Virus record (IMG/VR): IMGVR_UViG_3300044825_001821
Location: 96,001 to 160,000 of that record
Origin: a virus
Length of the DNA stretch: 64,000 nucleotides
Reading direction: 5' to 3' (one strand)
Of the stretch, positions 1-10,407 are shown in pieces. The notes below the pieces were generated by a model. It worked only from the letters and a program-made list of their open reading frames with translations, was not told the DNA's origin and searched no databases. Positions within the stretch are counted from its first letter, which is position 1; every line of letters begins with the position of its first letter. The position numbers and the translations under genes are program-made.

Positions 1-3000
1 ATATTCTAACACAAACATGTCGTGGTTCTTATAATATAGCGGCAACCAAAATTATTCAAAATGGCGATAATGCTATTTACAATCAGAATGTTGAATTAAA
101 TGGTCCATTAATGATGCTAGGTTCAACAGAAACAACATTTGTTTCTCAAAATAAAGCATCAAAAACGATGAACATTAATCCATTTAATGTGGTTAATTAT
201 TTTGGTACAGTTAGACTTGATCCAAACTCTGATATTTGGAAATCAGAAGATCGTATAGAAGCACAGAATATTGATCTTTCTGGTGGTGACGCTGCACGTG
301 ATGCTTGGTCATCAATTGAAAGCACTAGATGGAATGCTTGGCAAACAGATTGGCAATCAGTTACATTGGATTCACAAGTGCTTGAAGGATTGGCTCCATT
401 ATCCACAAGAGCCGTTGCAAATGACCCCAATCTTCAAGGTAGAGTCGGCGCCACCGGCGGTGCCAGAGCAGTAATTGGTGATGTTACTTCAACCGTGGCC
501 GTGTCAGAAACAAGAGAACAAACTATTAGTGCTCAACGTACTGGTGTTACATCTAGAATTGTTCCTCAACAACTAACAAAGTCGTTAGGTGATCGTATGA
601 CAGATTTAACTGTTGTACACTTTATGAGAGAAAAAAATATTCTTGTTGTTGGTACAAAATTCAAACCATTTACATCACTAAATGCATTCTTTGATAATGT
701 AAAAGTAAACAAATATCTTGGTAGAATTAATAGAATCGAATTTGATCAAAGTGATTTACAGTTTCAAACTGCAATCAGCAACGCTGAAGCCATAACGATT
801 TATAAAGCAAGTTCGGCCACATCATTCAATTCATCGGATACAGTTATTGGAAGTGGTGGCATTTGTTTGACTTCCGCCAAAAATGGCTTCATTGTTAGTA
901 TGAGCCCCGTTGCATCTTTTGGTTCATGGGATCAATGTACAAATGGTATTTGGGTACGAGGTAATATAACAGGTAAAACCTATCACGCAAGCAATTGGTA
1001 TCATACAACAGGTAGAGTTTTATCTGCTACAGCATCAACTGTTGTTTTAAACTATCATGCAGGCGGCGCACAGGCTGAAGGTAGTGGGGGCACCAACGAT
1101 TATGTGGGCCAAACACTTTACATCATTGCGGGAACAGGTAAAGAACAGCAAGCAACTATTACCGCTTATGATAGTACAACTCGTACCATAACCATTCAAG
1201 GAACTTGGAATATAATTCCCGACTCAACTTCAACGTATTCTATTGGTTTAGTTGAAACAACTGAAGAAGGTGCTACGGCTGCCGTGTTTATTTGTCCGGC
1301 TGACACCTTTAGAACGGGAGAAAAACTATTCCGTCTAATTGATGATGAGTTTGGTAACATTGAAAACTCTCGTACAAACGGCGACTGTATGTTCTATGCA
1401 TCTGGTATTGTCTTACAGAAACAAGAAACTTCAGTTACAGTCTTTACACCAACAGTGGTTAGAGAACCCGCTTACGAAAGTTGGTCTGTAAGTAGAACCG
1501 ACACTATCATTACGACAGCAGAAACGGTTCAAAATGATGTTGTTGTTGGATATTATGACCCACTTGCACAAACATTCTTGATTAACATTAATCAGTATCC
1601 TCAGGGTGTTGTGATTGATTCTGTTCGTGTTTGTTTCAAAACAAAAGATAGAACTATTCCTGTAACTTGTCAGCTAAGACCTGTTATCAATGGTTATCCA
1701 TCTGCGACTACAGTATATCCATATGCAGAAAAAACTTTAACTCCAGATCAGGTTAAACTTTCTACAATACCTGATATTACGGACCCAACCAAGTATACTG
1801 AATTTAAGTTTGATGTTCCAATTCTATTATTACCTGGCGAACATTCTTTTGTTTTACTGTCAAATAGTAATGGTTATGAATGTTTCATAGCAGGTATCAA
1901 TGATACTGACTTGGCAACCAGTGTTTTGATTTCAGATCAACCATATACAGGATCATTATTCTTATCACAGAATGGTTCGACATGGACTGCTGATCAATAC
2001 AATGATATTATGTTTACAATTCAGAAGCGTGTATATTCAAATAATTTTGGATATGGATTCTTTGAAGTTGACTTATCACAATACAGTGCAAATACTGTGT
2101 TTGATCTGCTGTATCTACAAACAACCGACGCTGTAATGCCTAACACTTCAATACAGTATGATTTTATTTCGGAAATGGAAACTGGAGGTCAACATGAAAT
2201 TATTCGTATTCCTCCAAATACCAATTATGAGTGTGATGATCAATATGGAAGAAGAATTTTGAATAAGGAAACTGGCAATTCAACATTCCAGTTAAAAGCA
2301 ACATTCCAAACTTCAAATCCTGACATATCACCAATGATTGACATGCAAAGAATAGGAGTGATTACTGTTGAAAATAAAATTAATGAAATGCCTTTACAGA
2401 ATACAGGTTTCATTATTACAAACCGTGGTTCTGGATACACATCAGCACCAACCGTAACTATAACAAATCAGAGTGTTGGTGGTGGTACAGGTGCTTCCGC
2501 TGTAGCTACAGTAAGTGGTGGAGAAGTAACTGCAATTACTTTAACTAACCAGGGAACAGGATATCTGACATCACCAACTGTTACTTTATCTGGTGGTGGA
2601 GGAACTGGCGCTACCGTTCTTTACAATGGTGAAGATCAAGCAAGTGGTGGTAACGGAGAAGTTCGTTACATAAGTAAGTTAATTCAATTGGCTTCTGGTT
2701 TTGATGCTGGTGATATTCGTGTTTATATGGATGCATATAAACCACCAGGCTCTGGAATTTATGTATACTATAAACTGTTATCCGCATCTGATCCTAGTCG
2801 TTTTGATGATAATTCATATCAATTAATGACTCAGCTTAATGATCTTTCATTTGTTTCTGGTAATAAAAATGATTTCAATGAACTATCATTTGCACCTGGT
2901 CAGTATGGTTCTGGGATTCCTGCACAGCAAGTTTCTTACGTAGGTGCTTCGAGTGGAGCAACATATAAAGACTTTATTATATTCCAAATTAAAGTTGTTA

Positions 3001-3095
3001 TGTCTGGATCAAATAAAACAAATGTTCCTAAAATTTCTAACTTACGTGTAGTTGCTTTACCATCTGCTGTTGCGGTTTCTCAAACTAACACATAA
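1..3095 (+). CDS. Large virion structural protein (DUF4815-like, T4-like tail/baseplate-associated), 5'-truncated by window edge
   Basis: The frame of ORF 111..3095 is open back to base 3. It contains [18 protein letters not shown] and [13 protein letters not shown] segments typical of the large structural protein of aquatic T4-like phages, plus [12 protein letters not shown] repeats. Confidence 0.7.
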   Translation, partial: ILTQTCRGSYNIAATKIIQNGDNAIYNQNVELNGPLMMLGSTETTFVSQNKASKTMNINPFNVVNYFGTVRLDPNSDIWKSEDRIEAQNIDLSGGDAARDAWSSIESTRWNAWQTDWQSVTLDSQVLEGLAPLSTRAVANDPNLQGRVGATGGARAVIGDVTSTVAVSETREQTISAQRTGVTSRIVPQQLTKSLGDRMTDLTVVHFMREKNILVVGTKFKPFTSLNAFFDNVKVNKYLGRINRIEFDQSDLQFQTAISNAEAITIYKASSATSFNSSDTVIGSGGICLTSAKNGFIVSMSPVASFGSWDQCTNGIWVRGNITGKTYHASNWYHTTGRVLSATASTVVLNYHAGGAQAEGSGGTNDYVGQTLYIIAGTGKEQQATITAYDSTTRTITIQGTWNIIPDSTSTYSIGLVETTEEGATAAVFICPADTFRTGEKLFRLIDDEFGNIENSRTNGDCMFYASGIVLQKQETSVTVFTPTVVREPAYESWSVSRTDTIITTAETVQNDVVVGYYDPLAQTFLININQYPQGVVIDSVRVCFKTKDRTIPVTCQLRPVINGYPSATTVYPYAEKTLTPDQVKLSTIPDITDPTKYTEFKFDVPILLLPGEHSFVLLSNSNGYECFIAGINDTDLATSVLISDQPYTGSLFLSQNGSTWTADQYNDIMFTIQKRVYSNNFGYGFFEVDLSQYSANTVFDLLYLQTTDAVMPNTSIQYDFISEMETGGQHEIIRIPPNTNYECDDQYGRRILNKETGNSTFQLKATFQTSNPDISPMIDMQRIGVITVENKINEMPLQNTGFIITNRGSGYTSAPTVTITNQSVGGGTGASAVATVSGGEVTAITLTNQGTGYLTSPTVTLSGGGGTGATVLYNGEDQASGGNGEVRYISKLIQLASGFDAGDIRVYMDAYKPPGSGIYVYYKLLSASDPSRFDDNSYQLMTQLNDLSFVSGNKNDFNELSFAPGQYGSGIPAQQVSYVGASSGATYKDFIIFQIKVVMSGSNKTNVPKISNLRVVALPSAVAVSQTNT

Positions 3096-3104
3096 GGTAA
3101 ACAT

Positions 3105-3344
3105 ATGGGATACGTGAAGATACAAGATCGTGATCATTTGTATCGTGATATAAACAGTGGTGCTATATTAAATACAAACAAAGCGGAGTTTGAACAATAT
3201 TATGCCGACCGAGAACTTGACATGCGAAAATTGCAGGAGAGACAGGCATTGGAAAACAAAGTAAATAAATTAGAAGAAGATATTGGTCAAATAAAAAATC
3301 TTCTTCAAGAACTAGTACAAATGAGAAACTCAAATGGCAATTAA
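3105..3344 (+). CDS. Conserved small phage protein with C-terminal coiled coil
   Basis: 79 aa ORF with RBS (aaggt). LYRDINSGAILNTN motif; heptad-like C-terminus. Confidence 0.7.
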   Translation: MGYVKIQDRDHLYRDINSGAILNTNKAEFEQYYADRELDMRKLQERQALENKVNKLEEDIGQIKNLLQELVQMRNSNGN

Positions 3345-4239
3345 TCAACTATCAACAGGAAACACATTTCAAGAGTGGGTGACAACCACTAGCTTGTTGG
3401 TTACTACCGCAAATAGCTTGACTGATGGTATAAACGGACAACCATTTATTGCCAACACTGCAATTTGGGTTCAGGGTGCAAACGCTTCATTTAACGTTCG
3501 AACTCTTGCTAACATTAATGTTCTTCAAGCGAACACTGCAAACATCTCTAATATCTCACTATCCAGTGGTAATATTAGTGGCAATGGTAGCATAACGTTT
3601 GGTCAAAATCTGACAGTAACATATGCAAACATTGTACAAAACATTGCAAGTGCAAACGTTACTTCAAATCTTTCGGTTGGCGGTGATGCTTTCATATATG
3701 GTAATTTGACTATCAGTGGAAATGTAACTTTAGATTCTATTGGCTTTGATGATCTGCAAGTCAATGGTTCTGCAAATATCACGAACAGTTTATCTGTCTT
3801 TGGTAACTCTGCTTTTACAAATGCCATCTCTGCAACGCATTTAGTTTTATCAACTTCGTTCACTGGTGCACCAAACACAGCAATTTATGCTTACATTACA
3901 GAGGTGCGTACCATTGCGATTGGTGCTGGATTGTATGCCAACGGTGCTTTCATTCATGGAAACTCTGCACACAGACATGCAAACGCAGGGTTCATTCATG
4001 CTAATGCATCCTTCATTCATGCAAACGCAGGATTCATACATGCCAATGCTGCATTCTTGCAGGCTAACACACCCAGTTTTACTGCTAACTCCGCTGCTTT
4101 GTATGCCAATGGTGCATTCCTGCAAGCCAATACACCTAGTCACACTGCTAACTCCGCTGCTTTGTATGCCAATGGAGCCTTTGTGGCGGCGAATGTGGCA
4201 CAAGATCAGTCCGTGGCGTTTTCAATAGCACTGGGATAA
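3334..4239 (+). CDS. Fibre-like virion protein with HANAxF repeats, ends in SIALG
   Basis: N-terminal NTFQEWVTTT motif, beta-rich middle, ANAGF/ANGAF repeats. Confidence 0.7.
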   Translation: MAINQLSTGNTFQEWVTTTSLLVTTANSLTDGINGQPFIANTAIWVQGANASFNVRTLANINVLQANTANISNISLSSGNISGNGSITFGQNLTVTYANIVQNIASANVTSNLSVGGDAFIYGNLTISGNVTLDSIGFDDLQVNGSANITNSLSVFGNSAFTNAISATHLVLSTSFTGAPNTAIYAYITEVRTIAIGAGLYANGAFIHGNSAHRHANAGFIHANASFIHANAGFIHANAAFLQANTPSFTANSAALYANGAFLQANTPSHTANSAALYANGAFVAANVAQDQSVAFSIALG

Positions 4240-4262
4240 ATAAATAAAAAACAGAGGATTTA

Positions 4263-4598
4263 ATGGCTAATAACTTTAAAAATAACGTTTTGAAAGCGGT
4301 GGGTGGAACAGCACAAAATGCTTACGCTGCTGCCGCTGGTGTGCAGGCTACTGTCATCGGCATGACAATTTCAAATCTTATTTCTACTCCAATATCGGCA
4401 AATGTATTTTTGACTTGTGCAGGCGCCGCTGCTCCGAACGTATATCTAATCAGAGATGCAACGATTGCACCTGGTGGTGCTTTAGTTCCTATTGGCGGAG
4501 ATCAAAAACTAGTATTGGAAGCTGGCGACAAGATTGAAGTGAACACTTCCGTTGCTTCTTCTGCTGACGTTATCGTGTCAGTTCTGGAGATTACCTAA
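4263..4598 (+). CDS. ~115 aa beta-rich virion protein (putative fibre adaptor, paralog A)
   Basis: RBS gagga. Shares its pattern (..I..GG......LEAGD...EI*) with 5258 and 8271. Confidence 0.7.
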   Translation: MANNFKNNVLKAVGGTAQNAYAAAAGVQATVIGMTISNLISTPISANVFLTCAGAAAPNVYLIRDATIAPGGALVPIGGDQKLVLEAGDKIEVNTSVASSADVIVSVLEIT

Positions 4599-5242
4599 TG
4601 GCATACATCGGCAACACTCCAGATTTACCTGGCAATTTTGTTCTACTAACGGAAAAATTTTCTGGCACTGGAGCCTGCACACAATTTACGCTGGCTAGAA
4701 ATATAAGTGATGCAAACGTTGTTGTCGTTGTTGTGAATGGTATTGTTCAAACGCCATCTTATTCTTTTAGTGTTACAAATGGATTACTAACCTTCACTGA
4801 AGCACCTTCAGCGGATTATGCTGACAATATTACAGTTACACATCTAGCTTCTGGTATTATCACGTACAATAACATTAATGCTGGACAATTATTACCCGGC
4901 TCTGTAACTGAAACTGCTTTAGCCACAGGTGCGGTAACAGAAACTAAATTGGCCAATTTTGTTATCAAAGCAAATAAAATAGGTGTAAATCAAATCACTG
5001 GTAACTTAATTGCAGCAAATCAAATCACTGGCAATCAAATTGCACAAAATCAAATCACCGGTAACTTAATTGCGGTAAATCAAATCACTGGCAATCAAAT
5101 TGCACAAAATCAAATCACCGGTAACTTAATTGCGGTAAATCAAATCACTGGTAATCTGATAGCAAACAACGCAATCAGTGGAAACAATATTGTATCACCA
5201 CCAGACATCTTCGATGACGCTTTTCTATTTGGCGGAATGTAA
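4598..5242 (+). CDS. MAYIGN-type fibre stem protein with NQITGNxIA decapeptide repeats
   Basis: Translationally coupled (TAATG). N-terminal beta domain FSGTG..FTL..VNGIVQTP; tandem 30-bp repeats. Confidence 0.75.
   Translation: MAYIGNTPDLPGNFVLLTEKFSGTGACTQFTLARNISDANVVVVVVNGIVQTPSYSFSVTNGLLTFTEAPSADYADNITVTHLASGIITYNNINAGQLLPGSVTETALATGAVTETKLANFVIKANKIGVNQITGNLIAANQITGNQIAQNQITGNLIAVNQITGNQIAQNQITGNLIAVNQITGNLIANNAISGNNIVSPPDIFDDAFLFGGM
4988..5193 (+). repeat. Coding tandem repeat, 30-bp unit (aatcaaatcacYggYaaYYWaattgc...) x~6 with an exact 60-bp higher-order duplication
   Basis: Read directly. 5018-5077 equals 5078-5137. A near-identical array lies at 20354-20500. Confidence 0.9.
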
Positions 5243-5257
5243 AAAAGGAAAAATTAA

Positions 5258-5596
5258 ATGGCAAGAAATTATACAATCTTAGGACAAAGAAATCCATCAG
5301 CAAACGTGTTGACTACACTTTACACTGTGCCGGCGTTAAATTCTGCAATTTTGTCATCAATCACAATTGCCAACTTAGATGAAGCTGCTGCAAATGGTGG
5401 GGCGTTTAGAATCTCAGTGAACACATCAAGTGCTGCTGTTTCAAATGCTAGTTATATTGCATATGGTGTTAATGTACCAGGTCGTGATACAGTTACATTA
5501 ACATTGGGTGTAACATTAAATGCTGGATCAATCGTATCAGTTAATGCTAACAGTTCATTACTTGCTTTTTCTGCATTTGGTACAGAAATTTATTAA
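5258..5596 (+). CDS. ~115 aa beta-rich virion protein (putative fibre adaptor, paralog B)
   Basis: RBS aagga. TLYTVP...SSITIAN...YIAYG...TL..G......FGTEIY pattern. Confidence 0.7.
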   Translation: MARNYTILGQRNPSANVLTTLYTVPALNSAILSSITIANLDEAAANGGAFRISVNTSSAAVSNASYIAYGVNVPGRDTVTLTLGVTLNAGSIVSVNANSSLLAFSAFGTEIY

Positions 5597-5607
5597 TGGT
5601 ATTTTGA

Positions 5608-7308
5608 ATGAGTCAACGTAGACTTCAAATAAATCCTCTTTCTACTAAGAAAGCGGCACACTCTATCAGAGTTTTACTTTCTTTAAGTAGAATGTCTGTA
5701 CCACGTGTTGGAGGCAGAGCGAATGCCGTTGTTTCTATTTTTAATTCCTCAAGTAATTGGACTGCTCCTTCTGGTGTTTTAGTAATTCAATATGTAATTA
5801 TTGCTGGTGGCGGTGGCGGTAATTATGGTGGTGGAGGAGCTGGAGGATTTAGAACTGCTACCGGCCTTTCTGTAACACCAGGAACACAATACACTATTTC
5901 TGTTGGTGGCGGTGGAGGTGGGGCTACAAAAGGAACAAACAGTGGATTCTTTATTACATCTTCTGGAGCCGGTGGAACTTGGGCAACTGGTGGTGGAGAA
6001 GGTGGCGCTAACGCTCCCGGTGGTGCGGGTGGTGCTGGTGGATCTGGTGGAGGTGGTGCCTTTAGTGGTTATGGCGGTCCATATGGAGGTGGAGCCGGCA
6101 ATCAAGGGGGATATTCACCATCTGAAGGAAACAATGGTGGAAATGGTGGGGGCTATCCGGGTGGTACAAACGTAGGCGGTGGCGGTGGCGGTGGTGCTGG
6201 TGGCACAGGATTTAATGGAATGAGACCAGCAGTGCCTTGGGCAGGTAATGGTGGCATTGGAATATATTCTTCTATAACAGGCTCAAATGTAGGTTATGCT
6301 GGTGGTGGGGGTGGATATACATGGGCACCCACTTTAGGTGTTGGTGGTTATGGTGGAAATGGTCAAACAGATTATGGTGGCGCAAATGGCGCTATATCAC
6401 ATCCAACTTTACCTGTTGCTGCAAGCACTCCACCTGCAAATAAAGGTGGTGGTGGTGGTGGTGGCGACACTGGAGCAACGGCACTATCTTCTGGCGGTTC
6501 TGGTGTGGTTATCCTACGTTATGAAATTACTCAAAGGGTTGTATATACGTCAGCATCTACGTTTACAGTTCCTACTGGTGTGACATCAATTGACTATTTA
6601 ATTGTTGCTGGTGGAGGAGGGGCAGGAAGTGGTGCTGGTGGAGCTGGTGGTTTTAGAACTGGAGTAGGATTACCTGTAACACCAGGAACATCATATTCTA
6701 TTGCTGTGGGTGGAGGTGGTGGTGCTTCCTCTTCTGGCTCAAATAGTGGATTTTTCATCACCCCTTCCGGAACTGGTGGAACTTGGGCAACTGGTGGTGG
6801 TAGAGGTGGATTTAATGCGCCAGGTAATGCCGGACAACCTGGAGGTTCTGGTGGCGGTGGCGCTTGTGATGGGTTTGGTGGTCCTAGAGCTGGTGGTTCC
6901 GGAAACGCTGGTGGTTACACGCCATCAGAAGGAAATAATGGCGGCGCTGGTAATTTCTTCAGTCCAGCGGGTACGGGCTCTGGTGGCGGAGGTGGTGCAG
7001 GTAGCGTTGGATTGGCCGCCAGTACGCCTGGTACCGCTTTTGGTGGTAATGGTGGAATAGGAATATTCTCATCAATCTCTGGTGCTAATGTTGGTTATGC
7101 TGGTGGCGGTGGTGGATTAGTTACACCAAGTCACCCTGCTAATTTCGGTGTTGCTCATCCACAATTCGGTGGTGGTAACGGCGGATTTCTTTCCGGCACA
7201 CCCGGAGCAAGTGGCACTGCAAACAGAGGTGGTGGTGCTGGTGGAGGTGATCCTGCTGCGGGTTCTGGCGGATCGGGGATTGTAATTATAACTTATGATA
7301 TACCTTAG
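5608..7308 (+). CDS. Glycine-rich adhesin/fibre-tip-like protein with two tandem Gly-rich domains
   Basis: Two copies of xxPxGVxxIxYxIxAGGGG...GGAGGFRT...YAGGGGG...GGSGxVI. Confidence 0.75.
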   Translation: MSQRRLQINPLSTKKAAHSIRVLLSLSRMSVPRVGGRANAVVSIFNSSSNWTAPSGVLVIQYVIIAGGGGGNYGGGGAGGFRTATGLSVTPGTQYTISVGGGGGGATKGTNSGFFITSSGAGGTWATGGGEGGANAPGGAGGAGGSGGGGAFSGYGGPYGGGAGNQGGYSPSEGNNGGNGGGYPGGTNVGGGGGGGAGGTGFNGMRPAVPWAGNGGIGIYSSITGSNVGYAGGGGGYTWAPTLGVGGYGGNGQTDYGGANGAISHPTLPVAASTPPANKGGGGGGGDTGATALSSGGSGVVILRYEITQRVVYTSASTFTVPTGVTSIDYLIVAGGGGAGSGAGGAGGFRTGVGLPVTPGTSYSIAVGGGGGASSSGSNSGFFITPSGTGGTWATGGGRGGFNAPGNAGQPGGSGGGGACDGFGGPRAGGSGNAGGYTPSEGNNGGAGNFFSPAGTGSGGGGGAGSVGLAASTPGTAFGGNGGIGIFSSISGANVGYAGGGGGLVTPSHPANFGVAHPQFGGGNGGFLSGTPGASGTANRGGGAGGGDPAAGSGGSGIVIITYDIP

Positions 7309-7324
7309 AGGTGAATTGTTGTAG

Positions 7325-7332
7325 TATAAATA
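7325..7332 (+). promoter_or_regulatory. T4-type late promoter TATAAATA
   Basis: Exact gp55 consensus, intergenic, upstream of 7354. Confidence 0.8.
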
Positions 7333-7353
7333 TTTTTATTTAAAGGTGATTGA

Positions 7354-7773
7354 ATGAATAACGAAGATATTAGCTATGCACAGTATTTGGTAGGCAATAA
7401 CAACAAACTTGTATGTGGTATTGACACTGCAATTAAAGCACTCAGACCACACGCTCGTTATGACATGTCTGCTTCTGGTGGGCATTTCGTTTTCACTCGT
7501 TGGGAAGATGAGACAGATTCAAAGCCCCCAACGAAAGATGAAATTTTTGCAGAACTAGAATATCAGAATAAGTTTGTTGACTATTGGCAACACTTTATTG
7601 ATCGTGCTACACACTATCCTGATATTGTAGTTTTAATTAATAGTTTATGGGAAGGTATTGATTCTGGTGCTATACCAGGTAAAGAGACTAATTTTTATAA
7701 ACTAATTAAAGAAGTTAATGATGAGTTTCCAAGACCAGAAGGCGATCCACCAGTAAGACCGACACACGAATAA
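7354..7773 (+). CDS. Putative tail-fibre assembly/chaperone-like protein
   Basis: AIKALRP...W....PPT..EI..E...R...YP pattern; follows a fibre gene. Function is inferred. Confidence 0.55.
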   Translation: MNNEDISYAQYLVGNNNKLVCGIDTAIKALRPHARYDMSASGGHFVFTRWEDETDSKPPTKDEIFAELEYQNKFVDYWQHFIDRATHYPDIVVLINSLWEGIDSGAIPGKETNFYKLIKEVNDEFPRPEGDPPVRPTHE

Positions 7774-7784
7774 TAGGAAAATAG

Positions 7785-8267
7785 ATGGCATACATCGGTA
7801 ATACAGTCACATCGGTTAGATTTCTTTCTGATATTTTTAGTGGCACAGGCTCACAAACTACTTTTGTTTTAACACGTGCTCCTTTTTCAAATGAATCGAT
7901 TGCTGTTTTTATTTCTGGAAGTTATCAAAAACCAGGTATTGATTATACTACCGATGGTTTAAATCTGAATTTTACTTCGGCTCCAGCATCTGGCACAAAT
8001 AATATTTCTGTGCTTCATTTGGGCAATGGTTATATGGCCACTCAGGTTCCCTCTGATAGGTCTGTAACTACGATTAAAATCGCAGAAGGAGCGATCACCG
8101 GTAATTTGATGACAATTAATAGTATACGTGGTAACAATATTGTAGCGGGTACAATCACCGGTAACTTAGTCGCATTAAATTCTATTTCATCGAATAATTT
8201 TTCGTCAGAAGCAAACACAAAAATTTTCAGTTCGGGCATTATAAGTTCGATCATATTCGGAGGTTAA
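7785..8267 (+). CDS. Second MAYIGN-type fibre stem protein, ends in IIFGG
   Basis: Paralog of 4598 (MAYIGNT, FSGTG..TFVL, ITGN repeats). Confidence 0.75.
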   Translation: MAYIGNTVTSVRFLSDIFSGTGSQTTFVLTRAPFSNESIAVFISGSYQKPGIDYTTDGLNLNFTSAPASGTNNISVLHLGNGYMATQVPSDRSVTTIKIAEGAITGNLMTINSIRGNNIVAGTITGNLVALNSISSNNFSSEANTKIFSSGIISSIIFGG

Positions 8268-8270
8268 TAA

Positions 8271-8624
8271 ATGGCAGCGCCAAACATTGTTAGTGTAACA
8301 GATATTAGAGGTAAAAGTAACGTATCGAATGTATCCAGTGGAGGTTCTCCTATTGTGGGTAATGCCAGTGGTAGTAATAAAGTTTTCAAAGTAAATGCTT
8401 TAATGGTTTCAAATATAGACTCCGCTAATAGCATATTAATCAACGTAAACTTTGTTCGTGCATCGGCCAATTACTCTATTGCACGAAATATGACTGTTCC
8501 GTATGGAGCAACTATTGAAATCATTAGTAAATCAATATATTTGGAAGAAGGTGATAGTATACATCTACAGTCTAGTGTAAATGCTACTGCTCAAAGTGTT
8601 TGTAGCTACGAGGAGATAAGTTAA
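8271..8624 (+). CDS. ~115 aa beta-rich virion protein (putative fibre adaptor, paralog C)
   Basis: MAAPNIV...KVNALMVSNID...IYLEEGDSI...SYEEIS. Confidence 0.7.
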   Translation: MAAPNIVSVTDIRGKSNVSNVSSGGSPIVGNASGSNKVFKVNALMVSNIDSANSILINVNFVRASANYSIARNMTVPYGATIEIISKSIYLEEGDSIHLQSSVNATAQSVCSYEEIS

Positions 8625-9547
8625 TGTTTCGTCGTTTTAATGGTGGAATCTTGGGAAAATATAATGGTTCTACTGCAACAAGATCAAATGGATTTTTTTC
8701 TTTAAGTGATATTCAAGCATTCTCCGAAGGAGGTCTTTGGACGGGTTCCCGCATTCCGCCCGACTTAGAAATAATAATAGTTGCTGGTGGTGGTGGAGCC
8801 AGTGGTATGGGTGGTGCTGGAGCGGGTGGATTGTTGTATTATGGCGCAGAAATACCAAAAGTTGCTAATGATACTGCAAGACCTCTTACTGGTAACACTA
8901 CTGTTGTCGTTCAAATTGGTGCTGGAGGTACAGGGGGTACTGGTGTTGGACAAGGTTCGGCTTCAAGTGTGAATATCAGTGGCACTTTACTTACTGCAAC
9001 TGGTGGTGGGTATGGCGGCGTAAGTAGTCCAGCCGGTCGTGAAGGAGGTCCAGGAGGTTCTGGTGGTGGCGGCGGAGAGTTCGGAAGCGATGGAGGAGGT
9101 GGTGCGGGAACACCTGGGCAAGGAAATAATGGTGGTAATGGAAAATATCTGTCAGGAAACGGTGGTGGAGGTGGTGGAGCGGGAGCAGTAGGACAAAGTG
9201 GACCAGTAACTTTTCCACTTGGCGCTGGTGGTGGCATAGGCTTAGCTTATACAATTAGTGGAGCAAACGTATATTATGCTGGAGGTGGTGCTGGAGGAGG
9301 ACCCGGTCCCACTTTTGTAAACCCCGGTTCAAATGGTGGTGGCGGCAAACCTGGATTTACGGGTTCTATTAATACTGGAGGTGGTGCTGGAGCATATGGA
9401 AGTCAAGGTGGTTCTGGAATCGTTGTGATGAGACACAATCGTGCATATAAAACAGGCACAGCGAATTCAAATGGGCAACCTTCAATTACGTTGTCTGGAG
9501 ACTACAGAGTTTACACTTTTACCGCTTCGGGTTCTTTAGTTTTCTGA
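8624..9547 (+). CDS. Glycine-rich adhesin/fibre-tip-like protein (single domain)
   Basis: IIIVAGGGG, GGAGAGG, YYAGGGAGG, GGSGIVV, YTFTASGSL motifs. Confidence 0.75.
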   Translation: MFRRFNGGILGKYNGSTATRSNGFFSLSDIQAFSEGGLWTGSRIPPDLEIIIVAGGGGASGMGGAGAGGLLYYGAEIPKVANDTARPLTGNTTVVVQIGAGGTGGTGVGQGSASSVNISGTLLTATGGGYGGVSSPAGREGGPGGSGGGGGEFGSDGGGGAGTPGQGNNGGNGKYLSGNGGGGGGAGAVGQSGPVTFPLGAGGGIGLAYTISGANVYYAGGGAGGGPGPTFVNPGSNGGGGKPGFTGSINTGGGAGAYGSQGGSGIVVMRHNRAYKTGTANSNGQPSITLSGDYRVYTFTASGSLVF

Positions 9548-9549
9548 TG

Positions 9550-9557
9550 TATAAATA
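9550..9557 (+). promoter_or_regulatory. T4-type late promoter TATAAATA
   Basis: Exact consensus, intergenic, upstream of 9591. Confidence 0.8.
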
Positions 9558-9590
9558 CATAGTAATTTTTAACACAAAGGGAGTTTTTAG

Positions 9591-9980
9591 ATGGCACATT
9601 TTGCACAACTTGATGAAAATAATGTAGTAACTCAAGTCATTGTTGTGTCCAACAATGAATTACTTGACGCTAACGGTCAAGAAAGTGAGGAGTTAGGCAT
9701 TGCTTTCTGCCAAAGATTGTTTGGTGGTAATTGGAAACAAACATCATACAATCATAATATGAGAAAGCGTTATGCAGGAATTGGATACTCATACAACGCA
9801 GAACTTGATGCATTTGTTCCTCCTAAACCATATGCTTCATGGGTGTTAAATAACACAGAAGCAAATTGGGAAGCACCTGTGCCATTGCCTTCAGATGCAG
9901 GTCAAGGTGAGCCTCCTAAAAATTATATTTGGAATGAAGAAACAACGTCTTGGGATTTATCAGAAACAACAGGACTATAA
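9591..9980 (+). CDS. Conserved phage protein (MAHFAQLD family), probable fibre-associated/chaperone
   Basis: RBS ggag. WKQTSYN...RKRYAGIGYSY...DAF.PPKPY.SW motif; follows a Gly-rich gene. Confidence 0.7.
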   Translation: MAHFAQLDENNVVTQVIVVSNNELLDANGQESEELGIAFCQRLFGGNWKQTSYNHNMRKRYAGIGYSYNAELDAFVPPKPYASWVLNNTEANWEAPVPLPSDAGQGEPPKNYIWNEETTSWDLSETTGL

Positions 9981-9996
9981 AGCATCATCAATAAAC

Positions 9997-10024
9997 AAAC
10001 CCCACTTCGGTGGGGTTTTTTATT
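9997..10024 (+). terminator. Rho-independent terminator
   Basis: aaaccccac-TTCG-gtggggttt plus T tract (cUUCGg loop). Confidence 0.9.
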
Positions 10025-10039
10025 AGGCATTCACGATTG

Positions 10040-10047
10040 ACTAAATA
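10040..10047 (+). promoter_or_regulatory. Late promoter variant ACTAAATA
   Basis: Follows the terminator and precedes the 10069 operon. The same octamer occurs at 16415 and 25881. Confidence 0.6.
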
Positions 10048-10068
10048 CACGATTAGAAGGAGACAATC

Positions 10069-10404
10069 TTGGCTGCTTATGTAGAACTTACTATCGAACA
10101 AGGTGCAAACCTCACATCAACGATTACCGTATCAGATTCACAAGGTGATGCTGTAAATCTTACAACATATTCTGCATCGGCTCAATTACGTAAATCATAT
10201 TATTCTTCATCGGCAAATACACTAACAGCAACAATCACTGGCAATGCAAATGGACAAATCACTATGTCCATGACGGCAGCTAATACATCGGCATTAACAC
10301 CAGGTCGTTATGTGTACGATTTGATTATTACGAACTCTACTGATAATTCAAAAACACGTGTAGTAGAAGGCACGGCAGTTGTATTACCATCCGTTACGAG
10401 GTAA
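10069..10404 (+). CDS. Conserved virion protein (Ig-like/baseplate-associated)
   Basis: TTG start after aaggag. IEQGA...AQLRKSY...GRYVYD...RVVEG...PSVTR motif. Confidence 0.7.
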   Translation: MAAYVELTIEQGANLTSTITVSDSQGDAVNLTTYSASAQLRKSYYSSSANTLTATITGNANGQITMSMTAANTSALTPGRYVYDLIITNSTDNSKTRVVEGTAVVLPSVTR

Positions 10405-10407
10405 GTT

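Noticed and set aside
4988-5193. 30-bp tandem repeats as a possible CRISPR array or DGR template/variable pair with 20354-20500
   Set aside because: No unique spacers, and the repeats are in-frame coding. Differences between copies are not adenine-specific, and there is no reverse transcriptase or cas gene in the window.
8911-9237. Pro-rich minus-strand ORF (and similar antisense ORFs at 5779, 8991)
   Set aside because: Antisense shadow of the GGN codons of the Gly-rich gene; no RBS or independent signal.
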